DNA of 37,326 nucleotides from an uncultured bacterium (GTDB lineage Bacteria; Patescibacteriota; Microgenomatia; UBA1400; CAYNFZ01): NCBI GenBank assembly GCA_965369335.1, contig CBDUQH010000001.1, positions 1 to 37,326 of the forward strand, read 5' to 3'. Shown piece by piece: positions 31,614 to 37,326 of this stretch (position 1 is its first letter; each line of letters starts with the position of its first letter). The notes under the pieces were generated by a model. It saw only the letters and a program-made list of their open reading frames with translations, ran no database searches and was not told where the DNA came from. The position numbers and the translations under genes were made by a program.

Positions 31614-33023
31614 TTAGATCTGTTCCACTGTTTGGTTTTCGATAACTTGTCTGTTGAGGATAATGATATCGCCAGTGAGCAAGCCAGATTTGACTTCGAT
31701 CTTGCTACCGATGATAGATCCTGGTTGGAGGATACGTCTTTTGGCTTGATTGTCCTCTAAGATGTAGACAAAGTGGGAGTTGTTGGTAACAAAGACAGCG
31801 TCAAGAGGGATAAAGAATGAATCTGAGGCGGTGATAGTCTGCAGAGGTAGTGTTAAGTTGGTGGTGGTGCCTTCAGCTAGAGTATCTTTTAAGTAGGCAG
31901 GGACGGTGATGATGATTTCGTAGAGGTTTCCTGCAGTTGGGGTGTTGGAGACGTGGTAGAGATTTAGATTGTGGGTGTTGCCTTGTAAATCGAGGACGAT
32001 GGGTTGTTGGGTGTCGATTTGATTGGCGGTGTTGGCGCTAACCAAACTAATAATTTGGAGATCTGTGGATCCAGTGATTTTGGCAACTGGTGTGCCTGGG
32101 GTAAGGTATTGTCCTTGGTCGACATAGATTCTTTCTACCGTGGCTGAAAAAGGAGCTGAGACAGTGGCTAGAGATTCACTGATTTGAGCCGCTTTTAAGT
32201 TTAGGCTGGCGATATCTTTGCTAAGAGCTGCAGTTTTTAGTTGGAGTTCTGTAGAAAGATAGACAATGTCTTTGTTTAAGTTGGCTAAAGCAGTTGGGGG
32301 ATTGTCGGTGTCAACAGAGTACTCAAGGTTTTTTAGACCAGATTCAGCTTGGTTTAGTGAACCTTGAAAACTGGCAAGTTGTTGTTTGAGGCCTTGAATT
32401 TCGTCGGGGTCAGTTGAGGCAGCGATGTCGGAGTTGATTTTGTCGATAACTGCTTTGATGGTGTCTATTTGAGATCTAGTGGCACCTAAGGACTCATCTG
32501 ATATTTTTCTAAGCTCTTCTGTGTTGTCTCTGTTTTTATTGGCAAGTTCTCGATTTTTAGACACGACTTCGGTGGTGTTTTTTAGGGATTCTTCGGCAAT
32601 TTCGAGATTCTTTTGGGCTAGTTGCCTTTGGATAGAAGCGGCGTTGCCAGTGTTGTAACCAGTGCTTTGATGGGTGATCCAAGCACCTTGTTTGATTTTG
32701 GCACCTTCTTGGGTGTATATCTTGCTGATGGGACCAGCTGTTTGGGCGACTAAGGTAATGGCTGAGTGGTTTTTGACGGTACCAACGGTGGATTCAGTTA
32801 AATCTGATTGACCGATGGTTAAGGTTTCAACCTGGAGGGGAGTTGTTTGCGTGGTAGTGTCTTGGTTGTCTGAGTTTTTGATGAATTGGCTAGCAAGAAT
32901 AAGGATTAAGAGTATTGCAAAAACCCCAGCTATGGTTTTGAGCTGGTTGTTTTTGTAAAAAGCTTTAATCTTGTTTTTTAGTGGGTTGAGTTTTTTTAGA
33001 TAGGGGCGAATAGTTTTTGTCAT
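31614..33023 (-). CDS. Efflux transporter periplasmic adaptor (MFP/HlyD-like) with long coiled coil
   Basis: N-terminal TM anchor, a long heptad-like middle, and a C-terminal beta-barrel-like region (GSKIEVKSGLLTGDIIILN). It lies directly upstream of the RND permease on the same strand. Confidence 0.75.
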   Translation of the reverse strand: MTKTIRPYLKKLNPLKNKIKAFYKNNQLKTIAGVFAILLILILASQFIKNSDNQDTTTQTTPLQVETLTIGQSDLTESTVGTVKNHSAITLVAQTAGPISKIYTQEGAKIKQGAWITHQSTGYNTGNAASIQRQLAQKNLEIAEESLKNTTEVVSKNRELANKNRDNTEELRKISDESLGATRSQIDTIKAVIDKINSDIAASTDPDEIQGLKQQLASFQGSLNQAESGLKNLEYSVDTDNPPTALANLNKDIVYLSTELQLKTAALSKDIASLNLKAAQISESLATVSAPFSATVERIYVDQGQYLTPGTPVAKITGSTDLQIISLVSANTANQIDTQQPIVLDLQGNTHNLNLYHVSNTPTAGNLYEIIITVPAYLKDTLAEGTTTNLTLPLQTITASDSFFIPLDAVFVTNNSHFVYILEDNQAKRRILQPGSIIGSKIEVKSGLLTGDIIILNRQVIENQTVEQI

Positions 33024-33300
33024 TGATGTATTTTGTTATCTTTTGATTTTAACTGTGGGATTTTAACATAGTTTGAGATAAATATCAATCCTATAGTGTG
33101 AACGTTCGAGAAGCCCAAAAGAACAAAAGAGCAAAAGCTCAAATGAGCAAAGAGGGAGAAGCCTAGAAGCTTGAAAGAACAAAGGGACAGAAGTACGAGA
33201 TGTATAGAAAGTACAAAAGGTAATACTTAGAAATAAGATAGAAATATATGGAAAAACCGCCCCAAAAGGAGCGGTTTTTAATTAACACTAAATCTAAAAC

Positions 33301-33918
33301 TTAGAGTTCTAGAGGTGCGTCGATGACGTTGGTGTCACCACCATTTAGAACGTCGATGTATGTGTCGGTATAACCAGTTTCAATTCGGTTTCGACCGCCA
33401 GTGTTTCGACTGGATCGGTTGTGACCGGTATTGGTGTTGGTGTGAACTGAAGTTCTGGTGTAAGTGTGGTTTGATTGTCGAGTTGATTTTCTGTTTCTAG
33501 ATTTCAATTCGACCTTGTTGTAGGAGTCATCACCGTTGCCTTTAACATTGACGTTGGTGTCGCCATCTTCACAGCCACAATCGTCTTCGACTAAGAGATT
33601 GGTGTTACCGTTGTTGGTAACGTTGACTGTAGTCACGGCGTTGCCTGTAGTGGTTTTGTTTGAACCACCAGTGTTTGAGCTAGTAGAGTTTTTACCAGTG
33701 TTTGAGTTTGAACCAATGTGGTTGGATGTGTGAGAGTGGTTGTGTTGACTGGTTGAATCGGAATCACTGGAAGAAATCTCAACTTTATTGGCTGAATCGA
33801 CACCGTTGTTGTTGACATCGATATTGAGATTGCCTGCAAGGGCAGGGGAGATTGCGCCTACAATTAGAGCAGCAGATGTGCCTAAAGTTAGTACTTTTTT
33901 GACCATTATTGTTTTCAC
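33301..33918 (-). CDS. Secreted N/S/T-rich protein with internal ~80-aa duplication
   Basis: Signal peptide ending ALA-GN. Two collinear repeats: (NNGVDSANKVEISS...NTGGSNKTTTGNAVTTVNVTNNGNTN) and (GNGDDSYNKVELKS...NTGGRNRIETGYTDTYIDVLNGGDTN). Confidence 0.7.
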   Translation of the reverse strand: MKTIMVKKVLTLGTSAALIVGAISPALAGNLNIDVNNNGVDSANKVEISSSDSDSTSQHNHSHTSNHIGSNSNTGKNSTSSNTGGSNKTTTGNAVTTVNVTNNGNTNLLVEDDCGCEDGDTNVNVKGNGDDSYNKVELKSRNRKSTRQSNHTYTRTSVHTNTNTGHNRSSRNTGGRNRIETGYTDTYIDVLNGGDTNVIDAPLEL

Positions 33919-34193
33919 CTCCTTTCTTGAATAGTTTGAGGTAAAGGTAAAGCAGCCAGCTTGGATTTGGCAGAGTTTCGAATTGAAACTAGACCAAGAT
34001 ATGGTTTATTACCTAAATTTGCTTGTTGGATTGTTGGGCAGGTGGAGTAAATCACACCTAAATATACCTGCCTCCGATAGCGGTCAGCAGCCTTTGGGAT
34101 ATTGATTGCTTTTCTGGCAAACAATAACTAGCAATAGTTATAGCCTATCAATAGGGATGGGTGTCAAGGGGAATTTGGGAGTGAAGATAATTT

Positions 34194-34254
34194 AACCGAG
34201 ACTTGGAAGACTTTTTTTGGAAGGTGGTGAGGGGAGTTTTTCCAAGTCTCGGTT
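34194..34254. other. 15-bp perfect inverted repeat with 31-nt loop
   Basis: AACCGAGACTTGGAA (34194-34208) pairs with TTCCAAGTCTCGGTT (34240-34254). Confidence 0.8.
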
Positions 34255-34560
34255 GAGGTGCGATGATTTTATGTTTTTTTGGTCGCTCAAGGATTTTGGG
34301 GTCCTTGTTCATCGCTAGGTTTGGAAAGTGAGGCCTCTTTTAATGTGGGGGACGCACGTAATGTGCGTGGGCTCTCTCTTTCTTAAACTAATGCTGGTGA
34401 GGACAAATCTCAGGTTGTGAAGTGACGATATTTGAGAAGATTTGTTAGTGCCTCGGTAACCACCATTTTTATTTAAGGGGCAAAACGCGATTGCGCTTTG
34501 AATAGCGAATTCTAGCATTATAAGTGGAGATTTGTCAACCTATAGTAGAGATTATGGGAT

Positions 34561-35199
34561 TTAATTTGGGAGGAGAATGGAGATGATGGTGGAGATGACT
34601 GGGGAGATTAGTGAAGACACTGGAGAGACACCGTTGTTGATGGGGAGGATAAGCATGATCAAGATGATGGTGCCGTAGCGTCTGAGAAAATCTTCGGCCT
34701 CCACGGCCATGTCGTGGGGCAATAAGCCGATGAGGATTTTGCCACCATCTAGGGGATGGATGGGGATAAGATTAAATATAGCCAAGACGATGTTTAGGTA
34801 GATGCTTGGTCTTAGGATAGCGTCGAGAAGAAGGGCTGCTGGACCGGTGAAGGGGTTGGTTCTAATGATGAGGCTTAAGATGATGGCGAGAATGATGTTT
34901 GATGCAGGTCCAGCGAGTGAGATTAGAGCAGCATCTCTTTTGGGGTTGTCGAGGTTGTAGGGGTCAAACATGACTGGTTTACCCCAGCCAAAGCCGGCAA
35001 CCAGGAGGAGTAGAGTTCCAATTGGATCGAGGTGAGCAAGGGGATTTAATGTGAGCCTGTCTTGAAGGCGGGGAGTGGGATCACCGAGTTTGTCGGCGGC
35101 AAGGGCATGGGCAAATTCGTGGATGGTGAGAGCTAGGACTAGACCAGCAAAAACTAGGATAAATACGATTGGGTTTTGGAAAAGAAGTGATAAGAGCAT
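34561..35199 (-). CDS. Site-2 protease family (M50) zinc metalloprotease
   Basis: HEFAHALAA is the HExxH motif within a TM helix, and NLIPIHPLDGGK is the second M50 signature. Confidence 0.85.
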   Translation of the reverse strand: MLLSLLFQNPIVFILVFAGLVLALTIHEFAHALAADKLGDPTPRLQDRLTLNPLAHLDPIGTLLLLVAGFGWGKPVMFDPYNLDNPKRDAALISLAGPASNIILAIILSLIIRTNPFTGPAALLLDAILRPSIYLNIVLAIFNLIPIHPLDGGKILIGLLPHDMAVEAEDFLRRYGTIILIMLILPINNGVSPVSSLISPVISTIISILLPN

Positions 35200-35369
35200 T
35201 AAGAAAAATTTCTAATTGATTTAATTGCACTAATTGACCTAAAGAATTAGATCTGAGTGTATATCATGCCAGACTTTATCTTTTTTGGTTTGTTTGGTAA
35301 GATACAACTCTGCAATTTTAGACTAGGTTGTGTTTGATTTAAAGCCCAACCCTACTTTTAGGAGAATAT

Positions 35370-35633
35370 ATGAACTTAAAGAATTTAAGCATTAAAGATC
35401 TGCAATTTAATAGAGTGGCTCACAAAGGTCACAATGTTTCTCACGCCAAAAACAGAACAAATAGATCTTTTAAGAGAAACTTGCATCGAGCAACTGTGAT
35501 ATTGGATGGCGTGAAACACAAAGTTGAAGTGCCTACAAAAGTTTTGAGGAAGCTTAAAGCTGCTGGATTGACTACTCATAAGACTTCTGAAAAAAGCACA
35601 GAAGCTCAAAAGCCCAAAAGCTCAGAAGCCTAG
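35370..35633 (+). CDS. rpmB: 50S ribosomal protein L28
   Basis: GHNVSHAKNRTNRSFKRNLHRATV matches the L28 core (G-x-N-V-S-H-[AS]-x-N-x-T-x-R-x-F-x-P-N-L). RBS AGGAGA is upstream. There are short N- and C-terminal extensions. Confidence 0.8.
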   Translation: MNLKNLSIKDLQFNRVAHKGHNVSHAKNRTNRSFKRNLHRATVILDGVKHKVEVPTKVLRKLKAAGLTTHKTSEKSTEAQKPKSSEA

Positions 35634-35667
35634 GGTTTGGCACAACTGATTTCGATTGTTTTTCAAA

Positions 35668-35801
35668 TATGGTTTCAAAGCCGCTCGCCCAGTAAGTTTT
35701 TGACCTTTTAGGTTTCTTGGCTCGCTAATGATTTGTATGACTGTAACTTGGTTGTTGCGAAAGAGTGTTGAATGTCAGACAAATGTTGCTTTGAAACTAT
35801 A
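35668..35801 (+). other. Long-range 14-bp stem enclosing about 106 nt
   Basis: TATGGTTTCAAAGC (35668-35681) pairs with GCTTTGAAACTATA (35788-35801), with one G-U pair valid on the + strand. It lies in the convergent rpmB/nadE spacer. Confidence 0.5.
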
Positions 35802-35834
35802 TTTGATTTGAAATTAAACTGTATCTGGAAATGT

Positions 35835-36635
35835 TTATTTGTCTAATGTGTATGGGACGTGGTGTTTGAAGTCGATTTTTTGGCAATGCTTGAGGATTTT
35901 TTGAATTATCTTTTGGTCGTAGCCTAGTTTTTCAATATCTTCGGCTGATTTGTGGTCATCAAAATGGAAATAAAGAATAGGGTCTGCTTGGGCATATGAA
36001 AACCCAAGCTCATCTTCGTCTGTTTGATCCTTCCAGAGTCCGGCTGTGGGTTTTTTGGTGATAATTGCTTCTGGGATACCCAGGTGGACAGCGAGTTCGT
36101 AAACTTGAGATTTGTAGAGGTGTTTAATGGGTTCTAGGTCGCTGGCCTCGTCTCCATATCTGGTGTAGTAAGCAAGTAGGTGTTCAGATTTGTTTTCAGT
36201 GCCAACGACTAGGGCATCTTTGGCCTTGGCTTGGTCGTAGATAAGAATCATGCGGATTCTGGCGGCGATGTTGCCAATTCTATCGTCTGTAGGGGATTGT
36301 TTGGTATAAAGTCGAAGAGTTTGGCTGACCATGTCTTGGATACCAGCAAGGTTGATTTCATGCACGTTTTGGGTGGGGATTTGGAGATGGTTGGTGATTT
36401 TGTGGGCGTCGCCAAGGTGTTTTTCTTCGGTTTGGAGGGAAGGTAGGAGTAGGGCGTGAGTGTTTTGTGGGCCAAGGGCAGATGTGGTTAGGCTCAAAGT
36501 GGTAGCTGAGTCGATACCTCCTGAAACTGCCACGATGGCGGTGGTTTTGCCGGCATCGGCAAAAGTTTTTTTGATAAATGAGACTATTTGGTCTTGTTGT
36601 TGTTGAGGTTTGATTGAAGGAAGTGTTTTTTGCAT
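35835..36635 (-). CDS. nadE: NH3-dependent NAD+ synthetase
   Basis: VAVSGGIDSATT is the PP-loop. GTENKSEHLLAYYTRYGDEASDLEPIKHLYKSQVYELAVHLGIP and KKPTAGLWKDQTDEDELGFSY match NadE signatures. Confidence 0.85.
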   Translation of the reverse strand: MQKTLPSIKPQQQQDQIVSFIKKTFADAGKTTAIVAVSGGIDSATTLSLTTSALGPQNTHALLLPSLQTEEKHLGDAHKITNHLQIPTQNVHEINLAGIQDMVSQTLRLYTKQSPTDDRIGNIAARIRMILIYDQAKAKDALVVGTENKSEHLLAYYTRYGDEASDLEPIKHLYKSQVYELAVHLGIPEAIITKKPTAGLWKDQTDEDELGFSYAQADPILYFHFDDHKSAEDIEKLGYDQKIIQKILKHCQKIDFKHHVPYTLDK

Positions 36636-36637
36636 GT

Positions 36638-37156
36638 TTAGGCTGCTTGCTTGATTAATGATTGATGGTATTCGATAACTGAAGTGTAGAGTGAGAGAGC
36701 AATGGTTGCCCCATTTAGAGGTGAGTGATTATTTTGGATGTGTTTGTTGGATCCTAGGTGGTCTGCAATTGAGTTGAGTATTGGTTGCCAGTCTCCTTGG
36801 ATAGCGAGTTTGGAAAGTTCATCAAGAGGATGGTTTTGGAAGTCATTCTCTTGGTCTGTAGTGGCGTCCCAGGTAAGTTTGGCTGTAGCTTCGTCGAAGT
36901 ATTTGGAAGGCTTGGCTTGGTTGTTGGCACAATAAATGACCTGTTCTATGAGGAGACAGTATCTAGTAAAATCTATTTTTTGTTCGGATGATAACTTTAG
37001 ACCGGGGTGTACAGATTTCATTCTGTCGAGGGCTTGGTTAAGCTCCTCTCTGTTGTGAGGGGTGGATTTGGAGAGGTGATGTTGGTTAGTTTTGGTGTTG
37101 ATAGCTATGCGGTTGAGTTGAGGTATGAGGTGGTATGGATGCTGTTCGTGATTCAT
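36638..37156 (-). CDS. Hypothetical protein embedded between nadD and nadE
   Basis: 172-aa ORF. Its stop lies 2 nt before the nadE start codon. No motif recognised. Confidence 0.55.
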   Translation of the reverse strand: MNHEQHPYHLIPQLNRIAINTKTNQHHLSKSTPHNREELNQALDRMKSVHPGLKLSSEQKIDFTRYCLLIEQVIYCANNQAKPSKYFDEATAKLTWDATTDQENDFQNHPLDELSKLAIQGDWQPILNSIADHLGSNKHIQNNHSPLNGATIALSLYTSVIEYHQSLIKQAA

Positions 37157-37195
37157 AAATTTTCAGATAATAGTTTATGGGATATTTTATCATGT

Positions 37196-37326
37196 TTATG
37201 AGTAGAGCTTGTGTTTGTGGATGTATTTGATGATTTTGGGTGGGAGATGCGTATGGGGATGGGAGTTGGAGGCTATTTTTTGGCGGATAAGGGTGGAGGA
37301 GAGGTTGGTGATGGTTTGGGTGGGGG
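37196..37326 (-). CDS. nadD: Nicotinate-nucleotide adenylyltransferase, C-terminal fragment; 5' end lies outside the window
   Basis: My own translation of the minus strand gives ..TNLSSTLIRQKIASNSHPHTHLPPKIIKYIHKHKLYS*. The ISST-x-IR ... P-x-x-V/I-x-x-YI-x-x-x-x-LY pattern is the typical NadD C-terminus. Confidence 0.6.
   Translation of the reverse strand, partial: PTQTITNLSSTLIRQKIASNSHPHTHLPPKIIKYIHKHKLYS

Overview
This is a 37.3-kb bacterial window with about 30 protein-coding genes on both strands. I recognised no rRNA, tRNA, CRISPR array, transposase or integrase.

- **1-8.4 kb:** an S51 peptidase fragment, an MFS transporter, a PRTase-like protein, a 2-hydroxyacid dehydrogenase, a permease, and several lineage-specific membrane or secreted proteins.
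- **8.5-18.0 kb:** envelope-oriented genes. These are a 725-aa membrane-anchored protein with about 48 Cys in roughly 12 four-Cys modules, a UPF0182 polytopic membrane protein, and a Pro-rich beta-propeller-like surface protein ending in an LPEAG sorting-like signal.
- **18.1-20.6 kb:** 2.5 kb with no credible ORF. It is dense in long hairpins (several with G-U wobbles that only work on the + strand), three tandem CCCGGGG repeats and a duplicated structured motif. I read this as candidate large structured ncRNA(s) or another cis element.
- **20.6-28.2 kb:** six + strand acidic cytoplasmic proteins of unknown function, at least three of them clear paralogues. Each has its own promoter, long leader and intrinsic terminator, and five of the six leaders carry a structure-conserved hairpin. 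Two promoter/leader cassettes are 136/137 nt identical although their CDSs are only about half identical. This island, together with the structured region upstream, is my best candidate for an undescribed system.
- **Right end:** an RND permease plus adaptor, an internally duplicated secreted protein, an M50 protease, rpmB, and a nadD-(unknown)-nadE operon.

The gene content is reminiscent of Patescibacteria/CPR-like small genomes, but that is inference. All product calls come from motif recognition by eye; no database search or folding program was available.
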